This document shows positions 18,361-28,593 of a DNA stretch of 64,000 bases, in pieces. Origin of the DNA: a virus. The translations under genes were made by a program, and so were the position numbers. Each line of letters opens with the position of its first letter. The first letter of the stretch is position 1. The notes under the pieces are model-generated. The model was not told where the DNA came from, did no database searches, and saw only the letters and a program-made list of their open reading frames with translations. The stretch lies in IMG/VR virus record IMGVR_UViG_3300032267_001484. One strand, written 5' to 3'.

Positions 18361-19416
18361 TTATGCAAATTCATTGTGTTTAGTTGGTCTAACAATATCA
18401 TCAATTAGCTCATTTTGAAGAGCATATTTACAAAAAGAACATCCGTGGTGTCTTCTTGTAACTCCTCCTTTTTCATAAAAATCTAAAATACCATCAATAT
18501 CACATATTTTAAATTCATCATTAACTTGATAATTATTTTCAGGGGCTAATTCAGCAGAGGGACATACATAAACATTACCATCTGTAAAGACACATGGTTT
18601 TACCATATGCATATAGCAATGATCATTTCTACGTTCTCCTTTAAAATTAAAATCAGATAAAAAAGCATATTTTAAATCTCTACCATTTAAAACTTCACGT
18701 ATAGAATTAATATCTTTTTTTACTTCCTCTACAGGTTTAATAGCATTAAAGGCAATACGAGTTGGTATTTTATTTTCTTCAACCCAATCAATCATCCTTA
18801 AAAAACTTTCTCTTTTTTGGAAGTTTTTAGAAAGCTTTTTCTTTGAAGCATCAGACCACTGTCCTGTAATATTAGGATTAGTTGAGGTTTCAATTGCTTC
18901 ATCCCAAACATAAGCAGCACTTATTTCTATATCTAATCCTTCAAATACACTCAAATCATAATCATATCCTTCATAAAACCCATACATTCCTAAACGTACC
19001 CATGCCATTTTATCCCAAGATTTAATTTTATTAAGTTTAGTACCATTAGTACAAACTCCTATTTTAAAACCTTTAGAATAAGCATATTCTACAACTTCAT
19101 CAAAATCTGGGTGGAGTGTGGGTTCTCCCCCTCCTGTCAATTCCATTCCTGTTACTCCTAGTTTGGCAAATGAATCAATAGCTTTTTTCATTTGTTCTAA
19201 GGTTAACATTTCTTTCATTGCTCTATTAGCAAAGCAACAAAAAGTACATGTTAAATTACATGGATTACATGGAGACATATGAAACATTACAGGAGATGGA
19301 ACTCTAAATTCTCCTGCCATTCCCTCCTGAATTGTTTGAAGTTTATCTAGATGTTTTAGAAGTTTAACATGGTTACTAGTGTAACTACGTCCTTCTGTTT
19401 TTTCTGTTTGACTCAT
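18361..19416 (-). CDS. radical SAM enzyme with Cys-rich C-terminal (SPASM/twitch-like) domain
   Basis: CNLTCTFC, TGGGEPTLHP, TNG, CY...DGNVYVC...CSFC. Confidence 0.9.
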   Translation of the reverse strand: MSQTEKTEGRSYTSNHVKLLKHLDKLQTIQEGMAGEFRVPSPVMFHMSPCNPCNLTCTFCCFANRAMKEMLTLEQMKKAIDSFAKLGVTGMELTGGGEPTLHPDFDEVVEYAYSKGFKIGVCTNGTKLNKIKSWDKMAWVRLGMYGFYEGYDYDLSVFEGLDIEISAAYVWDEAIETSTNPNITGQWSDASKKKLSKNFQKRESFLRMIDWVEENKIPTRIAFNAIKPVEEVKKDINSIREVLNGRDLKYAFLSDFNFKGERRNDHCYMHMVKPCVFTDGNVYVCPSAELAPENNYQVNDEFKICDIDGILDFYEKGGVTRRHHGCSFCKYALQNELIDDIVRPTKHNEFA

Positions 19417-19419
19417 AAA

Positions 19420-20088
19420 TTATTGTTTTTCTTTATATTTGTTTTCAAAAATAATTTGCATTGATCTTTCTATAATATGTGTTTCTCTTCCACCATTCAT
19501 TCCTATTTCTTGACATACAGCATTCATAAGTTTATTCCAAAAATTCTTAGAATAAAATAAACATCTTTCTTTTTCAACAATAAGCTGGGAGCCAGGAGGA
19601 AAAGTTACTGTATCTTGATGAGTATAATTTTCAAATATATGGTTGGCGTAGTCATCAAAACTTAAAAATTTGCTTGGAGGTTTATGTGAATTCCAAGGTT
19701 CATTTAAATACCAACTATTATTACTTTCCCAATAGGGTTTCCCATCATGATAATTTCCCTCAGGATAAGCACTATCTCCAAACAATAATGTAAAACTATT
19801 ATTGTATATTAATTTATAAAATCTATCAGATAGACAATGGTCAAATGGATTTCCCTGAACAAAGGCCATTAGTTCAGGTAAATTATCATAGTTATCATGT
19901 ATATAACGAAATACATCATATTGATTGCCTCCAAAATTGGGGGCTATAATTTGTTTATATTCAGAAGGTAATTCTTCTCCTTTATTATAAATAATATAAT
20001 TATCTGTTAAAGATTTAACCCAACTAACATCTTCTTTATACCTAGATATAACTAGGAAAGCATTTAGTTTATTTTCTATTATATTCAT
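19420..20088 (-). CDS. DUF3431-like glycan-related protein
   Basis: VISRYKEDVSW, YNKG, FVQGNPFDH, HIIER. Confidence 0.75.
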   Translation of the reverse strand: MNIIENKLNAFLVISRYKEDVSWVKSLTDNYIIYNKGEELPSEYKQIIAPNFGGNQYDVFRYIHDNYDNLPELMAFVQGNPFDHCLSDRFYKLIYNNSFTLLFGDSAYPEGNYHDGKPYWESNNSWYLNEPWNSHKPPSKFLSFDDYANHIFENYTHQDTVTFPPGSQLIVEKERCLFYSKNFWNKLMNAVCQEIGMNGGRETHIIERSMQIIFENKYKEKQ

Positions 20089-20094
20089 TATTAT

Positions 20095-20910
20095 TTATAT
20101 ATTATTTAACTCAATTATTTCTTTCAATATTGCTTTAAATCTCATAAAATATTCAGCATAATGTATTGACATTTGGTAGTTATACTCAATATATTCTTTC
20201 CTTGAATGATAATCATTTTCAGTTAAAGAATTAATAATATTAAAAAATTCTTCTTCTGTGTTAAATATAATAAATCCTCTTGGATCAAAAAAATCTCCTA
20301 TATTTGGGCAGCCCCAATAGATAGGAATAGTCTTAGTTATAAAACTGTCTACTATTTTCTCACTAAAATAATTTTGGTTTTGAGAATTTTCTATAGCAAT
20401 ATGAAACATATTATTTCCAAAACATATATCTTTAGGTCCCTCTATAGTGTAATACCATTTTTTAGGAATAGTAACCTGGTCTTGTTTTGAGTATATTTTT
20501 TGTCTTAATTTTTGTCCTTCTATATTATTTTTTGTTCCACATAAATATGTTACTTCAAATTTTTTTTCTATATTTGCTAATTCTTTATATTTATCTTTAC
20601 CATGTAGAAAAGTAGTGCCAAAAGGTAATAAAATAGAATTATCGCATTTTTCCAAAATCTGAGAGCTCCAGGTTAATATACAGTTAAAATAGTTTTGAGA
20701 TGAAATAGCCCAATTATGTAACCCAAATAATTGGTCTGGTTCTAATATTATTAGTATATTGTAAGGATTAATATTTAACTCATCTGCAGTAGGAATATAA
20801 TCATTAAAAATGCTAATTGGTTTATTTTTAAACCAAGGATCATCCCCTATAAATTTATTATATAATTCAGGGGGCATAAAATTACTTTTAATAATCATAT
20901 ATTGATCCAC
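20095..20910 (-). CDS. GT10 (fucosyltransferase-like) glycosyltransferase
   Basis: FHIAIENS...YFSEKI...TIPIYWG. Confidence 0.85.
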   Translation of the reverse strand: MDQYMIIKSNFMPPELYNKFIGDDPWFKNKPISIFNDYIPTADELNINPYNILIILEPDQLFGLHNWAISSQNYFNCILTWSSQILEKCDNSILLPFGTTFLHGKDKYKELANIEKKFEVTYLCGTKNNIEGQKLRQKIYSKQDQVTIPKKWYYTIEGPKDICFGNNMFHIAIENSQNQNYFSEKIVDSFITKTIPIYWGCPNIGDFFDPRGFIIFNTEEEFFNIINSLTENDYHSRKEYIEYNYQMSIHYAEYFMRFKAILKEIIELNNI

Positions 20911-21692
20911 TTAAAAGGATATAAATCAGTTAAAGATTTAGGGTTAGTAAACCACTTGCTGGGTGCTATTGTTTTTTTATTTGGGTTATTATTTAAATAT
21001 GCTCCCCACCATGAAAAAGAACTATTAGAAATTATATTATGATTACATAAAGACATTAAACATAGATCTTCAAAAGCATTATTTCCTTCTATAAAAATAA
21101 CACCCTCAGGAAATACTTGTTTACACCAACTAATATCATCAGAAAATATTAAAAAAGTATATTCATCATCGTTAAAATGATTTAATGATTCTTGAATATA
21201 CTCTGGTGTTATGGTCCAGTAATCGGGGTGCTTTACATAATCTCCTCTGCGAACATGGATAGAGACAGGATTAATGTAAGAAGAAATAGTTTTAGAGCTT
21301 TTAGTTAGAATTTCTTGTTTAAATGTAAATTCTTTTTTTATTTCATTATCATATTCTAAAAAGTATTTATATGATTGAAAATACCCCTCTATAGAAACAT
21401 TATCAGAAACATTAAATATATTAGAATCAAAATTAAAGCTTTGTTCTTGATACCCTAAAGGAAGATTTATATCTAACAAAGGACAATTAATTTCAAAACA
21501 ATCTAATAAATCTAGTTTATATTCTATCCATTTATTATTGGTAAAATCAAAAACACCATCTTGTTTTATTTTTATATTGTTCGGTAAAAAACAATCAAAC
21601 CCTGTTTTTAAAGAAACTGCTTTTAAAGCAGCATATTGAAACATTTGATTACCTAAACGACCACTATATCCTATACTTTTATGAGTTATCAT
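20895..21692 (-). CDS. GT11 alpha-1,2-fucosyltransferase-like
   Basis: GRLGNQMFQYA, HVRRGDY, FSDD, NSSFSWWGA. Confidence 0.92.
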   Translation of the reverse strand: MITHKSIGYSGRLGNQMFQYAALKAVSLKTGFDCFLPNNIKIKQDGVFDFTNNKWIEYKLDLLDCFEINCPLLDINLPLGYQEQSFNFDSNIFNVSDNVSIEGYFQSYKYFLEYDNEIKKEFTFKQEILTKSSKTISSYINPVSIHVRRGDYVKHPDYWTITPEYIQESLNHFNDDEYTFLIFSDDISWCKQVFPEGVIFIEGNNAFEDLCLMSLCNHNIISNSSFSWWGAYLNNNPNKKTIAPSKWFTNPKSLTDLYPFKWINI

Positions 21693-22303
21693 AATGTATT
21701 ATAAAATTGATTTTGTTTTTCTTGTCTTTCTATTGTTTTGGGATGAATCAAATCATATCCTTCTGGTAAATGGGATCCATTTTTAGCCCCAACTAAACGC
21801 TCATGAACTTTATTTATCCAATTTATCTCAGGAATATTTTTAAGTATACGTGTTTGGTAATCAGGATAATTAACCCACCCATTTTCGTTAACATACCATC
21901 CCCACTTTTGAATGTGTTCTTGAGTTAATCCTTCTACTGTATTAATTCTAGGAACAGCAAATAATTCAATTTCAGGATTTAATTCTAATATTTCTGGGAG
22001 TGATAGGAGTAACTCTTCTGAGAGGTATTCATCAGCATCTATTTGGAAGATATAATCTTTAGTGCAGTGTTTTTTAAGATTATTTTTAAAAGAAGCAAAA
22101 TCTTTATTCAATCCAAACTCTATAACATGCCAATTATCTCCCATATAGTCAAGACATAATGCTTTTATCTCAGAAGTAGCGGTTGTATCTATTTGAATTA
22201 CAACTTCATCTTCAGGGCGAATATTATCTATTAATTGAGTAAATAAACGCTCTAATTCTTCATGTTCATTATGAGCAGTGATAGCATAACTAATTAAAGG
22301 CAT
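21689..22303 (-). CDS. GT2-family glycosyltransferase
   Basis: ISYAITAHNE, FQIDADE, PDYQTR, VHE. Confidence 0.87.
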   Translation of the reverse strand: MPLISYAITAHNEHEELERLFTQLIDNIRPEDEVVIQIDTTATSEIKALCLDYMGDNWHVIEFGLNKDFASFKNNLKKHCTKDYIFQIDADEYLSEELLLSLPEILELNPEIELFAVPRINTVEGLTQEHIQKWGWYVNENGWVNYPDYQTRILKNIPEINWINKVHERLVGAKNGSHLPEGYDLIHPKTIERQEKQNQFYNTL

Positions 22304-22306
22304 AAC

Positions 22307-22702
22307 TTATTTTTGTTTAGTGAAGAAATCTATATAATCTAGAGCTTCTATAAATTCTTTTTCTCCAAAATATTTTAGAGTTTCCATATCTGCTTTTCCT
22401 TCTTTAGATTGAACAGCAGCCCATTTCCATTCATCTATATTTCTTCCATCAGCAAATATCATAGATTTATCTTCTAAAATTACTGTACTTGGATACCAAT
22501 GTAATCCTTTTTCATCTTGAAATTTGAGATCCTTATATAGCTGTGGGATTACAGATTCTACTTCTTCTAGTTTATCCTCTGTTAAAGTTGAATTGGATGT
22601 GAAACCACATCCAAAACAACTCCAAACAGTTAATTTATCATTAGAAACCTCATGACAAGCATTTCCACCACAACGAGGACAATCAATAAGTGATTCTTTC
22701 AT
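22307..22702 (-). CDS. zinc-ribbon protein
   Basis: CPRC...CFGCG. Confidence 0.7.
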   Translation of the reverse strand: MKESLIDCPRCGGNACHEVSNDKLTVWSCFGCGFTSNSTLTEDKLEEVESVIPQLYKDLKFQDEKGLHWYPSTVILEDKSMIFADGRNIDEWKWAAVQSKEGKADMETLKYFGEKEFIEALDYIDFFTKQK

Positions 22703-23997
22703 TAGTCTACTTTTTTAAGTTTAGGTAGTTCAATTTTTTTCAATTGAGGAAGCTTAAGCTGTACTGGTTTGGGTACTTTATTTTCAAGAATAAAGGTTAA
22801 TTTCTCACCCATTTTTTCTAGACTAAATTCAGTACGTGAACGATAAGCTTGTCTTTTTGCCCCATCAACATATTTTTTATGGTTTTTATAAACATCTTCA
22901 AGAGTTTCAGATGCTTTTTTATAATTAACAGTAAACCATCCACTTTCAGGAAGTAACATATCTTGAACTACAGCTGAGGAATGGATTGGGGTAATTTCCC
23001 CAGGTAGAAGAATTGACATTTCCGGATCAAGAAAATCTAAATGACCACTCCAATTACTAACAATTACTGGTTTTTGTGACACTGATGCTTCAAGTAATGG
23101 ACGACCATAACCTTCGCCTTTAGTGAACGATACGTGTGCTTTTACTTTAGAATGATTATATAATTCATTTATTTCAATATCTGACAATTCACCATGGATT
23201 AAATATATGCTTGGTAAATCACCTTCCACCATACTTTCAATTTGTCTAATTCGATCTAATATTTCTTCTCTATCCATTATAGAGTGATTAACATTAGATG
23301 TTTTAAGGATAAGTCCTGGTTTTTGTTTTTTGTCTTTAAAAGTTTCAAGGAATGTTTTAATCAGCATACCTGTATCTTTTCTATCTTGACCCAATTCACC
23401 TTGCAACCAATGGCCTACATAAAGGAAATTAAAATCTTCTTTAATATCATCTACTATATTCCATAATTCACTATCATTGACAGCATCTATTTTTTGATAG
23501 ATATTAGTATTAACACCTTCAAATAATACTTCAACTGGTTTTTCAAGTCTAATTTGTCTTACTACTTGTCCTTGTTGATTTTTTTCTTCAAATGTGCTAT
23601 TTTCAAATACTTTTTTAGCATGCTCTGATGAAGCTAAAATTAGATCCATTCTATTGCAACCATCAATCCATTGAGGAGCACAAATTGTAGTCTCAATACC
23701 TGCTGTGATACCAATATTAAATTTACCTACTGGTTGGAATTCATTTGGTACTGTAATCTGAATCCAACAATCTGGTTGTTTTGGGAGTTGGGGTTGACTC
23801 CAAATACAATTAATCATTAATTGATGATCAAGATTATTTGGGTTAAGAAACCCAAATGGGGTACTTCCCCATCTTTGAGGTACTATTTTTACCTCATATT
23901 TTTCTGACTTGATGATTGATAAGGCAATATCTCGAGAACGAGCCCCATACCCAGAATAGGTATCGATAGGGCAACTTATAAAAACTAGTGGTTTCAT
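22702..23997 (-). CDS. GT4-family glycosyltransferase
   Basis: SGYG, RKD, KGEGYGRPLLEA. Confidence 0.88.
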   Translation of the reverse strand: MKPLVFISCPIDTYSGYGARSRDIALSIIKSEKYEVKIVPQRWGSTPFGFLNPNNLDHQLMINCIWSQPQLPKQPDCWIQITVPNEFQPVGKFNIGITAGIETTICAPQWIDGCNRMDLILASSEHAKKVFENSTFEEKNQQGQVVRQIRLEKPVEVLFEGVNTNIYQKIDAVNDSELWNIVDDIKEDFNFLYVGHWLQGELGQDRKDTGMLIKTFLETFKDKKQKPGLILKTSNVNHSIMDREEILDRIRQIESMVEGDLPSIYLIHGELSDIEINELYNHSKVKAHVSFTKGEGYGRPLLEASVSQKPVIVSNWSGHLDFLDPEMSILLPGEITPIHSSAVVQDMLLPESGWFTVNYKKASETLEDVYKNHKKYVDGAKRQAYRSRTEFSLEKMGEKLTFILENKVPKPVQLKLPQLKKIELPKLKKVD

Positions 23998-23998
23998 A

Positions 23999-25459
23999 TT
24001 ATTGTGCTATAGGGAATTTTACAAAATGTTTAGGTTGTTCAAGTGGTTCTACTTGTATTAATTCAAAAGCATGTCTTGGAGTCCATTTTTGGAATGTTTC
24101 ATCAATCCCATCAATTACATTTTTAGACATTAACCTTGCAGACTGCATTGATTCATCTGAGGTGGCCCATTCACGAGCTGCTCTACCTAGTTCTTCAAAT
24201 TGTTTAGGAGATGTCATTTTGATATCATATGCTTTTCTAATTTGCTCAGCTACATCATGTGGGCTAGGTCTATCATCATAAATGTAAGGTGTAGGAACAG
24301 AACCAATCAAACTAATATTACTCGGAAATACGGGAAAAGCCCATTTACCGTGTTTTTTATACTTACCTCTATGGTTAGAACCAAATTCTTCAGTGAATTT
24401 AATCCATTCTCCATTTTCGTCTTCAAATCGCATTTGATCTTGCATACCACCAGTTACTGTAGCAATAATTGGTTTTCTACACATCATTCCCTCGGTCAAT
24501 GATAATCCCCAACCTTCGTTTGAACTAATCAAAGCAACTATATCTGATGAATTATATAATAAATTCATTACATTTGCTGGGTAACGGCCTGTTGAGAATA
24601 TAATATTATATTTAGGATCATTTCCAAACAACATTTGTTGTACTGCTGGAAGGTCTGTTCCGTTATCGTCTACAGGTTGGGTATGAAGTGTGAATACACA
24701 TTCTTTTGCTTGTTCTTCTGTTATGCTGTCAATAAATATTTTCCAAGCCAACATCAGATCAGGAACAGATTTACGGCGAATATTTCTTGCATTATATAAA
24801 AGATTAAATTTATATGCTTTATCTTTATATAATTGTTTTTTAAATTCTCTTAAAGCGAGATATTCAGGATGAGATAAATCAATCGGGAAGAAAATATTTT
24901 CATTTATTCCATGAGGAACATATTTAATTACCTTTTCAGCTGCTAATTCAGGACCTAATACCCATCTATTAATATTTTCTGTTTGTTTACTAATAGCAAG
25001 TAAGGTATCGCATGATTCATAAAATGATTTATTATACATTGGATAAGGTAAATCATCCCAGATATTAAGATAAATCATAGGAATATATTTCCTAATTTCA
25101 TGTTCCATTTGAAACAACCAAACCCAATACCTAGGATCAGTAAAAAACATAATAGCATCTGGTCTTTCAATTTGTAGTAATTGGCGGATTAGTTCTGGGG
25201 AGCCATAACCATCAACAGGGTATAGGGTAACATTAGCATCAGTAAGACCAACTGTTTTGTTAGTATCTTCATTAAGATCAAAACGTTTACCCTTATCAGG
25301 ATGATTAATAGCACCTCCTACATTTACCCAATTGTAATGATGAGCTGTACCTAAAACGATTTCACGAGCCATAGTGGAGATACCACTTGTCATTCTAATA
25401 TCGTCACAAAGTAATAGAATTTTCTTACGTTGTGCTTGAGGAATATAACCTTCTTTCAT
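23999..25459 (-). CDS. GT4-family glycosyltransferase
   Basis: VPHGIN, RNIRRK, NEGWGLSLTE. Confidence 0.88.
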   Translation of the reverse strand: MKEGYIPQAQRKKILLLCDDIRMTSGISTMAREIVLGTAHHYNWVNVGGAINHPDKGKRFDLNEDTNKTVGLTDANVTLYPVDGYGSPELIRQLLQIERPDAIMFFTDPRYWVWLFQMEHEIRKYIPMIYLNIWDDLPYPMYNKSFYESCDTLLAISKQTENINRWVLGPELAAEKVIKYVPHGINENIFFPIDLSHPEYLALREFKKQLYKDKAYKFNLLYNARNIRRKSVPDLMLAWKIFIDSITEEQAKECVFTLHTQPVDDNGTDLPAVQQMLFGNDPKYNIIFSTGRYPANVMNLLYNSSDIVALISSNEGWGLSLTEGMMCRKPIIATVTGGMQDQMRFEDENGEWIKFTEEFGSNHRGKYKKHGKWAFPVFPSNISLIGSVPTPYIYDDRPSPHDVAEQIRKAYDIKMTSPKQFEELGRAAREWATSDESMQSARLMSKNVIDGIDETFQKWTPRHAFELIQVEPLEQPKHFVKFPIAQ

Positions 25460-25469
25460 GTAACTAATT

Positions 25470-25664
25470 TTAAATACTTCCTGTAAATTGTGTGTCTAAA
25501 GTGTTGTGTAATTGTTTTCTAAAATCTTCATTTGTTAAGTATAAAAACATACCTCGTTCTGTTAATTTTTGAACACTGAATTTATATTTTACGCAAGCTA
25601 TTTTAAATTGCTCAAATAAATCTTCAGGGATCTTTACACTTGTTAATTGCATTTTGTTTCCCAT
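25470..25664 (-). CDS. small ribbon-helix-helix-like DNA-binding protein
   Basis: LTSVKIPEDLFEQFK; start reassigned to follow the ATATTTATA motif. Confidence 0.6.
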   Translation of the reverse strand: MGNKMQLTSVKIPEDLFEQFKIACVKYKFSVQKLTERGMFLYLTNEDFRKQLHNTLDTQFTGSI

Positions 25665-25698
25665 AAATAATATATTTTGATATAAATATATATACTTA

Positions 25699-26640
25699 TT
25701 AAGAGACTGCAATTTTGTTACAAAGTTCATTGTTATTATTGTAGGGACACCACTTACAAGCGCTTTCACCTACATTTTTAATATACGACTTTATTTGAGG
25801 TTTACCAACTTCATCAAAACAATCTTCAATAAAATCTTCAAAACGCTCTATTGTTTGTCTTCGCTTGGTTTTTCCACTAGCGGGTTTAAAGGATTGAACC
25901 CTGGGAATTGGGTACTCAGCTTCTTCATAGATCTTGCGCTTAACAATGAAGAATTCAACTTCGATTTGTTCAACGTCCCATCCGAATTGTCTTGAGAAAT
26001 ATTCTTTGTATAGTAAGACTTGAGCAGTTTTTTGATCGTCTCTTTTCTCACTGTCACTCCACCCGCGTGTTGATGTTTTGATATCATATATGTAAACTTT
26101 ATTTAAATCCTCATCATATAAAGCAAAATCAATAAATGCTTTGTAATAGATGTTATTTGCTACTTTTAGGAGTAAAGGTAATTCAATACCCAATAACTTC
26201 ATTCTGCGAATAGTGAATATTTTGTTTCGTCTTGCCTTAATCCATTTTAATATAGCAATACCATCATCAAAGAAATCAGCCATTTCCTCAGCATTAGTAA
26301 AGTGAGTACCTGCTGCTTTATATTCACTAGCATATACCTCCCTAAATCGCTCTTGAAATATAGTATCCAGATCCATTTTATCAGCAGCAGCTCCACTTTG
26401 TTCATACATTACTGTAATATATTGTTGAAGTGTCTCATGAAACGCCGTACCAAACACAGTATGAATACTAGCTTGATACGGCTGTTTCTTCTCTACGTAG
26501 GTGAGATACCACTGATGTGGACATTTAGACCACATTGAGAATTGAGAATAAGAGACGCTGCGCTGGAAACTATAGTTTACCTCTGGAGGTTGGTAATTTT
26601 TAATCTTGAGTTCAATCTCAGATAATTTTTTCTTGGCCAC
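25699..26640 (-). CDS. PD-(D/E)XK Cas4/RecB-like nuclease
   Basis: SYSQ..CP, GTAFHE, FID, YDIKTS, QVLLY, CKWC..C. Confidence 0.85.
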   Translation of the reverse strand: MAKKKLSEIELKIKNYQPPEVNYSFQRSVSYSQFSMWSKCPHQWYLTYVEKKQPYQASIHTVFGTAFHETLQQYITVMYEQSGAAADKMDLDTIFQERFREVYASEYKAAGTHFTNAEEMADFFDDGIAILKWIKARRNKIFTIRRMKLLGIELPLLLKVANNIYYKAFIDFALYDEDLNKVYIYDIKTSTRGWSDSEKRDDQKTAQVLLYKEYFSRQFGWDVEQIEVEFFIVKRKIYEEAEYPIPRVQSFKPASGKTKRRQTIERFEDFIEDCFDEVGKPQIKSYIKNVGESACKWCPYNNNNELCNKIAVS

Positions 26641-26827
26641 TGATTTCTTGTTTAATTTTTTCTAGATATAGAATAGCATCCATGTGTTCTTGTTTAGCAT
26701 GTTCTATCCATTCTAGTAAAGATAAATCAGTACGATCTAGATCAACTCCATATTTTTCCTTACCTTTAACAGCACGAGTTCTAAATTGCTCTATAATTGA
26801 TGTAACAATTGAATCTAGATTATCCAT
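26618..26827 (-). CDS. small helical phage protein (possible MazG-like fold)
   Basis: KGKEKYG...EWIEHAKQEHMDAILY. Confidence 0.6.
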   Translation of the reverse strand: MDNLDSIVTSIIEQFRTRAVKGKEKYGVDLDRTDLSLLEWIEHAKQEHMDAILYLEKIKQEISGQEKII

Positions 26828-27191
26828 TAATTTGATTTAATATGTTTTCTAATTCTTCTTTAGTGAGCATATCAATATACTCTTTAGCTTCATGTTTACT
26901 TACTTCATAGTAAGTAGCAACTGCTTCTACTTGTTCAGTCTTATATTCCTTTTTATTTTTAGCCTTAATATATTTAAGGTATTTATATTGTTGAGGAATA
27001 AGATCTTTATACAAATTATAAAGGTATTCACCTTTCATTTGCCAAGTATTCTTTTGAACATAGTTAACTACTTCACAATAATCAGGATCCATACTTAGAT
27101 AACGATTGATCATCCAGTTATTCCAACCTTCATCACCCAAGTAGGCTCCTTTATTTGTAGTAATATTCTTAAGATGATCAAATATATTCAT
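26820..27191 (-). CDS. clamp loader small subunit (gp62-like)
   Basis: WMINRYLSM...KYLKYIK; near the large subunit. Confidence 0.75.
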   Translation of the reverse strand: MNIFDHLKNITTNKGAYLGDEGWNNWMINRYLSMDPDYCEVVNYVQKNTWQMKGEYLYNLYKDLIPQQYKYLKYIKAKNKKEYKTEQVEAVATYYEVSKHEAKEYIDMLTKEELENILNQING

Positions 27192-27430
27192 TAGTAGTAT
27201 CTTGAATCGTTTTGGTTTTTATTAGCAGTTGTAGCAAGCATAGTAAGATGCTTTATTTCAGATTGAAGCTGAGTGATTTGAACTTTCATAGCATCAATTT
27301 GAGTTTCATATTGTGCATTTTTTTTATCTGCTACTCCAAGATTAAAAGCAATCCCTACAATTTGGGCTTTAAGTGCTTCATTTTCTTGTCTAAGTTGTTC
27401 TATTTCCATTTTGTATTTTTTATTGAACAT
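27191..27430 (-). CDS. coiled-coil hypothetical protein
   Basis: Coupled ORF. Confidence 0.6.
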   Translation of the reverse strand: MFNKKYKMEIEQLRQENEALKAQIVGIAFNLGVADKKNAQYETQIDAMKVQITQLQSEIKHLTMLATTANKNQNDSRYY

Positions 27431-27656
27431 CTTTATTTCTCAATTGTGTTGGAAGAAATTCATCGTTTACATGGTTACAGGATGTACAAGCAAATACTTG
27501 AATAGGAATAAGGGCATCTTGTGCTGTACCTGTTACAAAGCGAGATGCTTTCCTAAGCATTACTACATCTTTAAATGTTTGCCCACCACATTTATCACAC
27601 TCAACTGCTGTTGTTTTATCCAAAGTGATGTTCATGTTAATTGTCTCTTGACTCAT
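27420..27656 (-). CDS. zinc-finger protein
   Basis: CDKC...CTSC. Confidence 0.7.
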   Translation of the reverse strand: MSQETINMNITLDKTTAVECDKCGGQTFKDVVMLRKASRFVTGTAQDALIPIQVFACTSCNHVNDEFLPTQLRNKDVQ

Positions 27657-28573
27657 ATTACTTGTTTTTTAGTTGTTTCTAGTATTTTTGCTATTGCTGC
27701 TGCAAAGTTAATTTCTTTATCTGGCACAACCCCACTTCTCCAAATAAAATCATCTAATATAACTGATAGCTCAGCATCATGTCCGTAGCTAAATTCGGGT
27801 AGTTGTTCAAACATATATCTATAAGCTACTTGAAAATCATCTACTTGCTCGTCAGCTACAAGTTGGCGAACTTGATACCAAGCATCTTTATCGCGCTTTT
27901 TTAATATTTGAATCAGCTGTTTAGTCCAATTATCATTTAGTACAGTAACAACTAAACTATTATCTCTAATATTTTGTTGTAGTGTTTTAATAATAGAACG
28001 AACATCAGGATAGAAGTTATTAACTATTTGAGCGATATCTTTCATTTCATATTTTACACCTTCAACATCAAGAATATTTGTGCAAATATGTCTTGCAACA
28101 TCACCTTTGGATGGTGGTTTTAAAATATGGAGTTCGCAGCGTGATTGAAGTGGTTCAATCAAACGTTCAATATAATTACAAGTAAGAATAAAACGAGTAT
28201 TAATTGAATATTCCTCAATCAAATTACGAAGTGCTGCTTGAGCGGGTTGGGTTAAGAAATCAGCCTCATCTAAAATAACTATTTTAAGTGGTTTAAATGA
28301 AGATGTAGCAGCAAATGTTTTTACTTTTTCCCTAATAACATCAATTCCATTTTCATCACTAGCATTAAGGTAAAGATAAACACAATTAAGATTATTAACT
28401 AATAGTTTAGCTAATGTAGTTTTACCTGTACCAGCAGTACCATTGAAAATAAAATGTGGTATGTCATTTTTTGCAAGACAATCGGAGATGCGGTTTTTAA
28501 CCGCATCATTTCCGATATATTGCTCTAATGTTTGTGAACGATATTTTTCAATCCAAAGCGAATGTTGCTTCAT
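27653..28573 (-). CDS. clamp loader AAA+ subunit (gp44/RFC-like)
   Basis: WIEKYR, GTAGTGKTT, LNASDE, LDEAD, SRC. Confidence 0.95.
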   Translation of the reverse strand: MKQHSLWIEKYRSQTLEQYIGNDAVKNRISDCLAKNDIPHFIFNGTAGTGKTTLAKLLVNNLNCVYLYLNASDENGIDVIREKVKTFAATSSFKPLKIVILDEADFLTQPAQAALRNLIEEYSINTRFILTCNYIERLIEPLQSRCELHILKPPSKGDVARHICTNILDVEGVKYEMKDIAQIVNNFYPDVRSIIKTLQQNIRDNSLVVTVLNDNWTKQLIQILKKRDKDAWYQVRQLVADEQVDDFQVAYRYMFEQLPEFSYGHDAELSVILDDFIWRSGVVPDKEINFAAAIAKILETTKKQVI

Positions 28574-28593
28574 AACTTATTATTTTATTGAAT

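Noticed and set aside
8161-25459. Glycan cluster as a bacterial LPS/capsule locus or chimera
   Set aside because: No wzx/wzy/ABC export genes; co-oriented and tightly coupled with phage genes on both sides
25699-26640. Cas4-like nuclease as evidence of CRISPR-Cas
   Set aside because: No repeat-spacer array or other cas genes seen; solo Cas4-like nucleases are common in phages
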